The notes below the pieces were generated by a model. It was given only the letters and a program-made list of their open reading frames with translations. It was not told where the DNA came from and searched no databases. This document shows positions 34,961 to 46,664 of a DNA stretch of 46,680 nucleotides, piece by piece. The DNA lies in the NCBI GenBank assembly GCA_002256025.1, contig NKIB01014149.1, forward strand, positions 1 through 46,680, read 5' to 3'. How positions within the stretch are numbered: position 1 is the first letter of the stretch; every line of letters begins with the position of its first letter. This DNA comes from Asterionella formosa. Its lineage: Eukaryota. Made by a program: the position numbers and the translations under genes.

Positions 34961-35439
34961 GCTGATGGAATTTTGAATCTTGATGAAAGGACTTTAGTAC
35001 TGAACAGACGTAGAAAAGTACACACGATGTCGTTTTTTCTAACTCCGTCAATGCTCCTTGCCCTCAGAGCTGTTCTTATGCCTTGCTCTGTATTTCCAAA
35101 AGCTAGTGCTTATATACTCCACTTTGCTGCCTTTGACACAAGTTTTCAAACTCAAAACCTATAGAATGAAGAGGCTCCGATGATATCGATCCTGAAGGAT
35201 ACAGTCAACATTCACGAAGTTTAAGCAAGCAAATGAGGGCAAAATTACCGCTATGATCATGTACCCCAGTGCTTATTGCCAAACACTCTTTGGTTTTGAT
35301 TGTAAGTACCGGTAGGGGCATCGGTGTATGTAATTGCTGGCTGCCTCTGCATTACATACGCACTGTGGTCTGCCCTTGATTGTGGAGGCCGCCGGATGCA
35401 TCAACTGTATTTATATTGTATGCTTATGCGTGTCATATA

Positions 35440-35570
35440 CCGGTACATTCAGTACGTACACAGTACCAGGTACCGTGTATAGGTATCTCATCTACCAGGT
35501 ACTGGTACTGATGCGTACTGGTACTTGTACATACACCCGGTAATACCTCGAGTGCCAGGTACGTACTACA
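35440..35570. repeat. GTAC-rich tract upstream of the SET-RRM gene
   Basis: Repeated CCAGGTAC and CTGGTACT units. Confidence 0.65.
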
Positions 35571-35572
35571 TA

Positions 35573-35655
35573 GCAAGCAGGTAATTGTGCTAAAACTAAA
35601 ACTTTAGCTATCTTTATCCGATATTGTTTACTTAAGCAAAATGACCGCAACTTGC
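35573..35655 (-). mobile_element. ~90-bp TIR mini-element, copy 4 of 4, reverse orientation
   Basis: GCAAGCAGGTAATTGTGCT...AGCAAAATGACCGCAACTTGC. Confidence 0.7.
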
Positions 35656-36439
35656 AGGGAAGTACACATCTGGACTTGGGTGAGCTCTATTCATTCTATT
35701 CGTTAAAAGAAAAATAGTCATGGGCACACATGCATGAACCCTAAAAACGCTACACCAAGGACAGCATTAGAATAATCATAATATTGTAGTTCAACTTTGT
35801 TAACGACTTGGTTCTTGTCAAGAAAAGTACAATATCTGCTCTTCCTCCACCTCTTCATCTCCCTCGACGTTGCAGCCTTCCTCATTGCTTTCCCTGTCAA
35901 TGCCACTCCAGCGCACCCGAGCATCGCCCCTGTGCAACCATTCAATGATCACCCCTGCTGTTGTGGCTCTGTATTAAGAAAGATCTTTGTGCAGTGGCAA
36001 CCGCTGGTGGCAAACCCCTGTCTGATAGCACTGTTATGCTCTTGACATTGTCCGCCCTTGAGCTTACCAGTGTTTACACCCATAGCATCCATACTTGGTG
36101 TGATCAGGCTGATGCAGACTGCCTGTACCTGGGAAAATTTGTGTCCCCATTTTTTGCATGGTGACAATGAACACCTCCGTCCCTTAATAGTTACTGTGGC
36201 TGGCTATCACAGCGGCCACGCTGCTGTTCAACCCACTGTCTGCAAATAGAAAACATCTTATTTGTTTGATGCATCTTATAATGACAATCATGTGATCATA
36301 TAATTTCAATATATCATTTAATATGTATCATAATTATCATCATGGAGAATATTGTAAGTATAAATATATAGATAGGTCTGTTTATGTAATGTTTACCATC
36401 ACACTATGACTATCAGCAATTGCTCAATCAATTGACATG

Positions 36440-36930
36440 CATTACAAGCCTGTAATCAAAGTCCAAGGCAAATACGCATATGCGTCTTCATCTTCTTTAC
36501 AAGTTCTTCGATTGCCTCTGGAACATGTTGATAACACTGCTGCTGTAGTGCTTGATTGAATTGGCCAGAGTCAATGGCATGACATGGTAAGCCAACATGT
36601 ACTGATGAGCTTGTCTAGAAAAAATTTGTTCCTCTGATAGACATGATCTAATGCTTCCCCTTGAAAGCTTCATTTCTCCTTTAGTGACAGGTTTTGCTCA
36701 CTCAGTCTGCCCCTTTGGCAAAGGCAGCACACACATATGCAACTCCCTGCCTCTCTGCAAGCAATTACGCTCTGCATGAGGACACTTCGGTGTAACATGA
36801 TGACCTCAAGGCAACTAAGCAACTCCAAGCTTGGTTCCAGCCAATGTGCTCATCATTCCTTTGTTCTCTTTCAAAATCATGTAAGAACACATTGACAAGA
36901 TGTGTCTCAAACTTGAATACAAGGCTGACG
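36440..36930 (-). pseudogene. Degenerate IS630/Tc1-like transposase C-terminal fragment
   Basis: Frameshifted fragments SLRHILSMCS, PKCPHAE, SRQAHQYMLAYH, IEELVKKMKTH and LDFD resemble the 'PK.H.EL...RQYMLAY...KTHR' tail of such transposases; boundaries approximate. Confidence 0.45.
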
Positions 36931-39269
36931 ATTTCATGTGCATCTTGCCGTCAAGTTAAAGTGATATCAAAGTAAGGTAAGGTCTGCAAATTAAAAACTT
37001 CATATTTGTAAGATCATGGGCATCATACGATGATATGTGGCACAGAATTTTTTGCCATATGATACTTATTTCGTTATATGTATGACAAATGTAAATTATA
37101 AGTATATGATCATGTCAAGTATACTTATAATAAAGAACACGCCAAATAATTATCAAAACATAATCCTATGTTTTACATTCTTTCATCAAATATCTATATT
37201 TACATGATCATAATTCTAATCAAAGTGAAGTTCAAATATGGTGAAATAGATAGTAAATTTACTATAACTAGAAATTATTGCTATTTTTTAACCTGCTAAC
37301 CGCCATTTCGGCCACCATCCTTACACCATGACAACACCATTGCTTGTTATTTGATTCCTGAAGAATGATGGCGACTCCTCTAGTTGACTGCGCCTTTCCC
37401 TTGCTTCCCAAACTTCTCATGTCGACTGCAGACAAGAGAACTTACTGTTCTCACTGTCAAGCAGCCAACTTCAAACAGAATTGTTCGTTCGCCAATCACT
37501 CATCTACCTTGTTCTGCTTTCCCACCGAAATGAGATGCTGATCCATTTACAATTCATTTTGATATCCTAATCATAGTGACATGAGAAGCAGCAAGATGTT
37601 AGTTATGTATTGCTTGTTTACACCACAACAAACGCTTCTAATTATTGAATTATCTTATGATCACATTGATGTTTCTCAACAAGCGAAATGAGCGATTGAG
37701 TCATTGCCTTGAGGAGAAAGCAATCATTTAGGCTTTGTCATCCCAACAATTGGTATCCTCACATTTTCCATCGACATACCATTGATAGATTCTGTTCACT
37801 TTTCCATATTCAATTCTTCGAAACCGCAATGTGTATGATTGTTGCGTCATCATTGTTTTACTTGTTCATGTGTTTTGATTTTACTTTTCATGGAAAGGTG
37901 TCATGTAAGGAATGATTTCAAATATATCGGTCATTAAAATATTTATAACAATTTGTAAGTTTATATATATATCAAATGTTGGTCATTTGCAATATTCAAA
38001 GGTATCCTCAATATGGCACACCCTCTATTAACTACCATTTATTTAACTTAAACATTATTTCAAATATATACATTGCATTTTATGTTCATTCCTTTCCATG
38101 ACTTCATGTAATATTTTTGAAAAATTTCGTATCAATATTTATACATCACTTTCAAAAGATTATTTAAGCCTCTCAATTGGCAGGCAGGAGTTGTAACGCA
38201 TTTGGTCATATCGTATAAATTATATAGTAATTGACCATATGAAGAATGAGTGAAAAAGAAACCACTGGGGGTGTTAAAGTATACTTAGTATTTAATCACA
38301 TCATGGAAGTGCAATGATAACATAGATGGACACTGAACGTTATACTATGCTTACCGGTAGGACAATTGATGCTACAGCGGGACACTCAACATCATGTGTT
38401 CAGGATCATTTGGTCGTATTTTTTATATCAAGGTATGCTACTCCTGAAATCTTCTACTTTTTTGCCAAGTATATAGGCGCGTTTACGAAAGACTAACACA
38501 GTAACACAGCGCTGATCACAGAATTTATTGATATTCAAGCTAGAGGGACCTCCGGGTTCAAACAGTCAATAATTCCTAAAAGCGACCAATTCACCATGAC
38601 GAACTGCACTATCCAAGCGGACAGTCAAGCAAAGAAAGAATAAATCATTCATGTGGGATGACAGAACCATAAAATAGTAATGAAAACCAATAGAAAAAGA
38701 ATGCAGAAAGAGGAGGAGATGGAAAAGCAGACAACGCTTAATGCAGTAGCAGTGAAAAATGGCAATTGTATAGTTGTCAATTTGTTGTTTGACACAAACA
38801 CTTTAATTGAGGATTTCATGGCAATGGTATCAACGCAATGCAAATGGAAGAAGAAACAAGCAAAGAAAAGAAAAATCTTTGCCCATTTTTCGTGATAGTG
38901 AGTGCTATTACAGTGCATGAAGAATAATACAAGAATGGCGATGTACTAAACATTGACAAGAACAAAGAAGTAGATTGGGAAATATAGAAGTCAATGATGA
39001 AGAAAGTGCGCCAGACCTGGATGCCTGCTCAAAGCAATAATCTTATTGTGACAAAGACCCAAAAACAATGAGTTGGAGCCCTGGAATCACCAATTGTTAA
39101 GGATACTTCAAATAGAACCACCAGAAGAGTGGGGCCAAAATGGAAATCTTAACCCAATCCTGGTCAAGATGCCCGAACTGACCACGCAATTTAGCAGCTA
39201 TGAAATTGCAGTGCTGTACCGTAGCACTCCGTTGTGTAAACCGGTTTATTACTTAGGTTCATGCCGTGC

Positions 39270-39348
39270 TACCTGGTACTCCGCGGAACCACACGTACCG
39301 AAACCTGGAACCAGGTACCAGGTACCTACAGGTAGTACCTGGTACTGT
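39270..39348. repeat. GGTACC-rich tract upstream of Nup93
   Basis: acctggaaccaggtaccaggtacctacaggtagtacctggtact. Confidence 0.75.
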
Positions 39349-39499
39349 GATAACAAATTGTTTTTATTATTTAAAATTGTAACCTTGAGAGTAATCGGGT
39401 ATTCATCTACCATTGCCTTGCTTAGCACTCATGGCGATTGACGACGTTTATTGATTCAAAACCTCCGATCACATTCAACGACGACTCCGTTACGTAATC

Positions 39500-41869
39500 A
39501 TGGCGCCAATGAAGGCTCACACGGAATTTTCGTCAATGGCAAAGTATTCATTTCCCACATTGGAAGGAGCGTGGAGTTCCCAATCTCTCAGCAACAACGA
39601 TGCCAATCCGCTCGGTTCTATTCATAGGGTTAACATGTCGCGCATTAACCAACTCTCGCATTCTCTTGAATGCCCGCCAAAAAAAGAAAAGAAGAAATTG
39701 GAGAGTCTCGCAGATTTGCTGGAACGTCGACAGAGTGAAATTCTGGAGCAAGTAGTCCAGAATGAACGTAGCGCGACAAGGCAAAGAATTGAACAACTGG
39801 AAGAAGAGCGACTGGCTCAAGATTGGGAGGTAGAGAAAGAAAGGTTCCTTAAAGAGCTTGCCGGCGATCGTGTCTTGGGTGGATCCTCCAAACATCCGGC
39901 ACCTGCATCCCTGTCTCTCGTTCACACCTTGGCTGTTTCAACGGTTCAAACCTCTGACCTCCATGCCATTGCTCAATCTCATTTACAGATAGTTGCTCGA
40001 TGGAACCGTGATCCAGGAATGAATGCAGTCGAAGAATTTTCGCGCATTGCAACTCCGAGCATGTCACCTGCTTATTCGATGGCTTGGAGGCTGCTCGCCG
40101 CGACGGATGGGAAATCGAGTCCCCCTTCCGTCGCTACCGGAGCACTGGCACACCTCTCGCGTCAGTTTCAAAATTACATCATAAACCGAGTGCAAAGCGC
40201 GAGTCTAGCAGGTCAAGATGTGTCTCTTCCCATTACACTTCTGAATGGAATGGCGAACACAGTGGCAACTTTCGTCAAGCTGGAGCACGGCTCGACTGCG
40301 AGTGTGTGGCCCATCATTTACTATTGTAAGTTCCAATCCGATCTTTTTGTTACACATCGACCTAGTTTTTAATATTGATGTTATTTCAACTTACCTTGCC
40401 GAAATCTATGGTTTTTGGCAGGTCTTCGTTGCGGCGATGCAGTTGCTGCTATGAATGTACTCGATTTTGCTGGTACAGAGGTTGATGGCCCCATCTGTCA
40501 AGTTGTCGCCAGCATGGCACAGCTCCAAGGAGCGTCGCTGTGCTTGTGGGATAGATCAATGGATCGCATTGATCGAAAGGCCATTCGGGAAAATAAGCCC
40601 CGGTCGAATGACTTGTATGTAGAGGCATGCTGGACTTTGCTGAGTGCGTCCGAATCGCTTCAAGGTAGGGCAGTGAGGACCATTGAAGATTATCTCTTTG
40701 GAAATCTGTGGTATGCAGTCCAACAATCTAACGCGACAGAGCTACTTGAGGGACTTGGAAAATCTATAATAGATTTTGGACCCAAGTATTTTGACGAAAA
40801 CGAAGAATCAAGCGGCTGGTCGTATGCCCTGCCGCTTCTCCTTACACAGCAATATCAAACCGCTTTGACCCATTTGGCCAACGTTGGTAATTCACTTGGC
40901 CTTTTGCAAGCAACTCACTTGGCAATGGCAATGAGAGAAATTCAAGACTTGGGTAATGTCGCCTTTGGCGAGCAACCTATGTTGACTACTTTGCTTGTTG
41001 AATTCAGCCGTCAGATGCAAATTGCGGATGCCCCTGCTGCTTTGGAATACCTTGTTCGTATTCCAAATCCAGACCGTCGGCGTAGCGAGACTGCCCGTCT
41101 TCTTGTGGAAACTCGCCAATTTGAGGCGCTGGCTGGTCAGCTTTCTCGTGACGGTATGCGGCAGGGAATGGATTCCGCGCTGGATCAGCACTTCAGCTCC
41201 TCTGAGATCACTGATATTCTTGAAGAAGCGGCGGATTTAGCCATTAGCAAAAATAATCCACGTGATGCAATGGAATTGTTGAACCTGGCAGAGCGATACG
41301 ATTTGCTACTCCAGCTCCTCAATCAAAAGCTTGCTACTCATGTCAACCAATCCGCGACATCCGAAATGCGTCAATCCTGGAAGGTTACAGCTCAACAATT
41401 CCACTCGTGGCACTTGGAAGGGCCGAGAACTCACGTCATGGATATCTTAATGAAGCAAAAGCAGACTTCTTTAGTTCAGACCTCTCGGATCATCCTGAAA
41501 CTCTTTGATTTTTTCGATGCCCTAGCAATGCGTGACTTTCAGCAAGCATGCAACATTGTCGACTCCATTGGTGTTCTGCCTTCTAGTAAATCTGACTTGC
41601 AAGTCAAGGAGCGCGAATACCATTCCTTGGACCCGCTTGTAAGGGAAATCTTCCCCGCGGTTCTCTTGGGCGCAATGAGCGCACTTTACCAACAGCATGA
41701 GAGTCTCAAACACAATTGTTTCACGGTCAATAAGGGAACGGCAATGCAACGATTGGCGGAGTTGCGAGATCGATCGTGCGCATTGATGTCATTTAGCGGC
41801 AGCCTGAACATGATCAATTCTAGTGAACAGTTGGCTATGATGGCCAGAATGGAAGCCTCCATGGTGTAG
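39500..41869 (+). CDS. NUP93: Nucleoporin Nup93/Nic96; exons 39500-40325 and 40422-41869
   Basis: Intron 40326-40421 (GTAAGT...GCAG) restores WPIIYYCLRCG; also DWEVEKERFL, TIEDYLF and LLLTQQY, typical of the Nic96 family. Confidence 0.8.
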
Positions 41870-42056
41870 ACCAAGAGATTCAATGTTTTTAGGGCAAGAG
41901 AAAGGGAACCAAAGTAGCACCAGTCAATACTGATAGTCTGATTCCCATCCAATTTTTTCTGAATACTATGGTCTATTACAGCTGCATTTCGTATATGTTT
42001 CTCAAGAACCCATCATCAGTACATCATTGGAATATATAAATGAATATTATGTTTAT

Positions 42057-42217
42057 GGGGAATAGCTTAGTTGGTAAGCTCACCTTCTGAGGTGGCAAGT
42101 TCGATTCCCGCATTCTCCACCTGCTTTGTTTATGTAGTCTCTAGGTTCTGGGGAGCAGACAACAAGCAGGTCTAAAGCCCTCAGGGGGGGGGCAAGTGCG
42201 ACTTCACAACCTCCACA
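42057..42217 (+). mobile_element. tRNA-Ala-derived structured SINE-like element, copy 1
   Basis: GGGGAAT/ATTCTCC-A acceptor-like stem with G3:U wobble; A box TAGCTTAGTTGG and B box GTTCGATTCC; no 7-nt anticodon loop; ~100-nt tail shared with copy 2. Confidence 0.7.
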
Positions 42218-42594
42218 ATTGTCAAGTTCTTTACAAATAGCATGATGCTTGAGAATTTCCGCTTTGTCTGGACCGAAGTTGCCCATATCCACATTCTCCA
42301 GTTTGTTTCCTTCCACACAAGCCACATTTTTATTCATCCTGATACAAAAAGTAGAAGTGGTGTGAGCTCCACTGCCCAGTTGTTACTGCTAAGACTCCCA
42401 TAGATGACGATGCATACCACCCAGAGCTCTATGACTCCCCATTATTAGACTAGAGAGAATCATCCAAATATTGAGGGATGGTTGGAAGTTGCAATTGGTC
42501 AATTACCTCAGGAAGATTCGAGATTAACTAGGTTACACAACTCAAGTATTGTCCAGATATGCAATGGCACATACCCAAAGAAGGACATTTTCTA

Positions 42595-43446
42595 GCAATT
42601 CCCGCTCCAGCTATTGTCTTGTCATTCGGGTACTTCTAAGTAATTTTTAGGCTCTAAGTAATTTCTTAAGTAATTATTATTTAAGGGCAATATGGGGCAC
42701 ATCGAATTTTTCGGCAATAAAATTGCCGATTTTAGCATGACAACCAGAATAACGGTAATATGCATAGAGATGGTACAACAAGCGTAAAACACACAAGAAT
42801 GATTGTAACATGCAACATCAATGAAAATTGAACATGATGTTTGGAGCAACCAAAGTATGAAATGCGGTGTAATAAGTAGCATCAAATGAGAAATAGAAAG
42901 AAATTTGGGTTAGAAATGAAATAAAAAATAAGAGTTCCAATGGAGACACATGCATTAGAAGACAAGCAATCCAACAATCAACCGCATCCGTTAGGCAAAG
43001 AATCGCTACTGGCATCATCGCGGAACTGATTTCGCTTCAAACCGGTCATGATGGACGACGATTGGCATGGTGAAAGGTGAATTGCCGGAGTCCACTTTTC
43101 AGGAGACGAACAAAAACGAGGTGAATTCTAGATATAAATTAGAATCTGAATAGTATATAAAATGGTTTCCTTAAGTAGACCCCTTGCCGATTTCGGCAAT
43201 CCCAGGGCTGGAAAACCGAGGGGCAATTGGTGTCTGTTGTCTTGCCAAAATGCGAACATGTGAGATAAACAAAATATATTTTAATGATGGGCAATATCTG
43301 ACCTTTGGCAATTTTCGAGGTGAAGATAGGAAATATACAAAATATATTTTACATGATGAGCAATAGTAGGCTAAAATTGACATTTATGCTAAATTTTTGG
43401 GCAGTAGGTAAGCGAATGACGCGACAATAGCTAGAGCGGGAATTGC
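42595..43446. mobile_element. ~850-bp non-autonomous TIR element (MITE-like)
   Basis: Left GCAATTCCCGCTCCAGCTATTGTCTTGTCATTCG and right CGAATGACGCGACAATAGCTAGAGCGGGAATTGC form a 34-bp TIR with 3 mismatches; non-coding interior. Confidence 0.75.
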
Positions 43447-43451
43447 CTCAA

Positions 43452-43631
43452 CAATACCCTTCTTGGCGGCTGCTTGCCTTCTTGTATACATGTGTACTCG
43501 ACTGGGATGGCACTCGTAGGGTGACCTTCTTGCAGCGCCGGGGGCACCACTTGTATGGTCAACCTACTTGCGCCACCCAGCCTCGAACACATGTATACTC
43601 GCAGGCAAGAGACCACCTTGGGCGTGTATTG
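43452..43631. mobile_element. ~180-bp foldback/hairpin MITE-like element
   Basis: The left arm CAATACCC...CTTGCC...GTATACATGTGT...GTAGGGTGACC is imperfectly complementary to the right arm GGTCAACCTAC...ACACATGTATAC...GGCAAG...GTATTG. Confidence 0.6.
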
Positions 43632-43922
43632 CCTTCAGCAATACAGAGGGTTATTGAATATTTGAAGGAATTCTCAAAAGGTCATATTACCATCAATCCT
43701 GGATACCAAGACTGGACTACAGTAGGAGATATCGGCGCTGCAAGAAGGTCACCCTACTTGCGCCACCCAGCCTCGAACACATGTATACTCGCAGGCAAGA
43801 GACCACCTCGGGCGTGTATTGCCTTCAGCAATACAGAGGGTTATTGAATATTTGAAGAAATTCTCAAAAGGTCATATTACCATCGATCCTGGATACCAAG
43901 ACTGGACTACAGTAGAAGATAT
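43563..43922 (+). repeat. Near-identical ~170-bp direct duplication (period 190 bp)
   Basis: 43563-43732 and 43753-43922 differ at only about 4 positions. Confidence 0.9.
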
Positions 43923-44759
43923 ACCTTTGATAGACCGGAGCGAACTTTACCCAGATGCACATGAGGAATTACCATAAAACATGCATACACCAAAAGGTAG
44001 ATCTGTACAATTCAGGTGTTGTATGGATGCAGATGATGCCAAGCAAAAACAAGATTGTCAGTAACAGGAGTTATATTGTTCCTGAATAAAACTCCTATAA
44101 AATGGATATAGAAATGACAAAGATGCCAAATCTTCAACTCATGGATTGGAGGTGGTGGCAGCACAACTCTTGTTGGAGAAATTCTTTTAGGAGAAATCCT
44201 GGTATTCAAATTACCTACAATATTATGAATATTGTCTGCGTACAAACAAGGTGACATTTGTATGTTCCAGGGATTAACAATATATATATATATATAGAAT
44301 CAAATGAATCAAAAAGAATATCAAGATCAGAATTCGAAAACAATCTGCACCAGAAGTAAAACACATAACACTATGAATTTTTTAGGAATGATCACAATCA
44401 ATCTCTGTGACACTGATGTTCGTATCTACAGCCTATTTGGTCCCTGACACATCCTTGCACGATACAAAAAAGCAATAGAAGGCTTCAGGACGCAATTTTA
44501 ACAGTTTTCATAGAATTATCCGGCCAGGAACCGCCCCAACACTAGAAACAACTTCAGGCGGACTGTGGAGAGTCCGAAGTCAAGAATTGAGAGTCCCAGA
44601 ACATACAGAGTCTGAAGAAGTCGCAAAAGGCACAAAATGTGTGGCAAAGGAAGGTTTACTAAGAAGGCTCAAGTCAAGGGCAAGTTCTAAGCCAAGGGAG
44701 AGAGCAATAAGCTTCTCATACCAGGAACAAGAAGTCTATCAATGACTACAACTACTTTC

Positions 44760-46010
44760 TCTGATCGGCGAAGCGGACATCTGATTATGAAACTACCACA
44801 GAGTACCTGATCAACTAAATCCTAAAGTATTCGACTATGGCAAAAACATAGGAACTGCGCTCAAGTATTTGAACCAATGATCACATCGGCATGGAAGCCA
44901 AGCAAGAATGCAGGTCAGTCTTGCAACTACAGATGAAGATTGTGCTGCAGAGAATCGGCAATATGAGATTGAATCAAAGGCCAACTATGAAACCTATAGC
45001 AAAATGGTACAGACCTACGAAAACAATAATACCAAGCCATATGTGTTGCTCTGAGAGAGACACAACAAGGCCATAAAAGTAAGATCAAAGCAAGATTGGA
45101 TTACATTAAAATCAAGGATAACCCAATAACATTGCTTATTGCAATTAAAGAACATGCACTAAATTATCAGGAGAATTGATATTCAACGTCAATCAATTTA
45201 GATACAATGAGAATGCTTCTTACTACAAAGCAGAGGGAAGGAGAATGTCTACAAGATTACACAAAGAGGTTTTGTGTGGCACAAGATGTGCTCAAGTCAC
45301 ACATTGGAGGACCTATAATCCTAAAAAAGTTTGTCAATGCCATAGATGGATACAATTAGATGGATACCAAACTGCAAGATAGATTTTGAGAACAGGCTTT
45401 CAGTCAATTCCTTGCCTACTTATAACTTGACAACACAGATAAGGCAAAATACAAATCAATTCTGACCGCGCTTAGCACACAACAATCGCTCAGAAGTATC
45501 AATACCCGAAGAGTATCACCAAGTCAAACAATGTTCTCAGTAATCCTAGGTTTGATGTAGCAACTAAGCCCAGCGGTCTTAAGAATCCAGGGGATCATAA
45601 TAAAGATAGGGATCAAAAGAAAATTCGGAAGGATGTTTATTCAAGCAATTGGATTAAAATGATCCATGCGTTGCAAATCGCACTGTTAATGGAAAACAGA
45701 CACAGTTACTTTGCTCATTGACGATTTAAAATCAATTCACAAGGATAGCAAAGTGAAAAATCAATTTTTGGAATGGCTCAAAAAGAAATACACTTCTGAC
45801 GAAATTTGTGAGTCAAGGTCATGTGTGGAAATAAGCATGATTACTTGGCGACAAAACTAGATTACCCTATTCCAGGAGTGTTGAGAGTGGACTTGACAAA
45901 ATATGTGAAATCAATGATTGACAATAGCCCAGATATATTTGAAGGTGTCAAAAAATTTCCATGGAGAGACAAACTGTTCACAGTTGATACAAAATCGAAG
46001 AATTATGAGT
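44760..46010 (+). pseudogene. Second decayed Copia-type element: gag-like remnant joined to an RT fragment
   Basis: Gag-like DYETTTEYLIN, NPITLLIAIKEHALNYQE and DKAKYKSILTALSTQQSL; then RT-like DPCVANRTVNGK, IDDLKS and GNKHDYLATKLDYPIPGVLRVDLTKYVKSM; multiple stops. Confidence 0.6.
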
Positions 46011-46499
46011 ATAAGAACAAAGCCTTCATCAATTTGGACTTCTTATATCATTTTGAATGTAAAAGCCGAAGCTGACAGTTTCCTTTCAATCACCCAGCAA
46101 TTCGCTGATCCTTCACTTGCATCGAAAGGAGCATTGAGACAGAGATGGTGCTTCTGAAGCACTCCTGAAATGAACAGAATCACGATGAAAGTTGAGAAAT
46201 AACTCACAGGAAATTTTTTGTTACGTCCAAGAAAGAGGCAGGACCTACATGCTATGGCGTGAAACAATTTCTTTTCCTTAAACATAGCTCCTTATTTATG
46301 ATTGTGACCATTCACTGTTCGGCTGGAGATTAGCGAAATATTGAGAAAATAGTTTCTGCACATCATTGTAAAGTATAAGAAATAACTTGGAGGTATTATT
46401 ATTGTGGATGTCAATAAAAAGCGTCAAATCAGTGATGATTTCCCGGTATAAAAATATACAGTATATTTATAATATGCTGTTGTTAAAGGACTCGGTATT

Positions 46500-46664
46500 T
46501 GTGGAGGTTGTGAAGTCGCACGGGGCCCCCCAGAGGGCCTTAGACCTGCTTGTTGTCTGCCTCACCACCCGGAATCCAAGGGACTACATAAACAAAGCAG
46601 GTGGAGAATGCGGGAATCGAGCCCGCCACCTCGGAAGGTGAGCCAACCAACTAAGCTATTCCCC
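46500..46664 (-). mobile_element. tRNA-Ala-derived structured SINE-like element, copy 2 (inverted relative to copy 1)
   Basis: Reverse complement reads GGGGAATAGCTTAGTTGGTTGGCTCACCTTCCGAGGTGGCGGGCTCGATTCCCGCATTCTCCACCTGC...GTGCGACTTCACAACCTCCACA. Confidence 0.7.

Larger units (their letters stand above)
42400..44110 (+). pseudogene. Decayed Ty1/Copia (CoDi-type) RT-RNaseH fragment interrupted by nested insertions
   Basis: YHPELYDSPLLD, MVGSCNWSITSGRFEI and PKEGHFL lie before 42595; the frame resumes after ~43633 with AIQRVIEYLK...LYPDAHEELP...DAD.A...SVTGVILFLNKTPIKW; stops and frameshifts. Confidence 0.7.

Noticed and set aside
42057..42119. Functional tRNA-Ala gene
   Set aside because: The anticodon loop is only ~4 nt, there is no variable region, and copy 1 has T-stem mismatches. 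It is also embedded in a longer repeated unit.
42080..42337. Similar short ORFs at 42080..42337 and 46387..46641 as a gene family
   Set aside because: The similarity is just the antisense reading of the tRNA-derived repeat.
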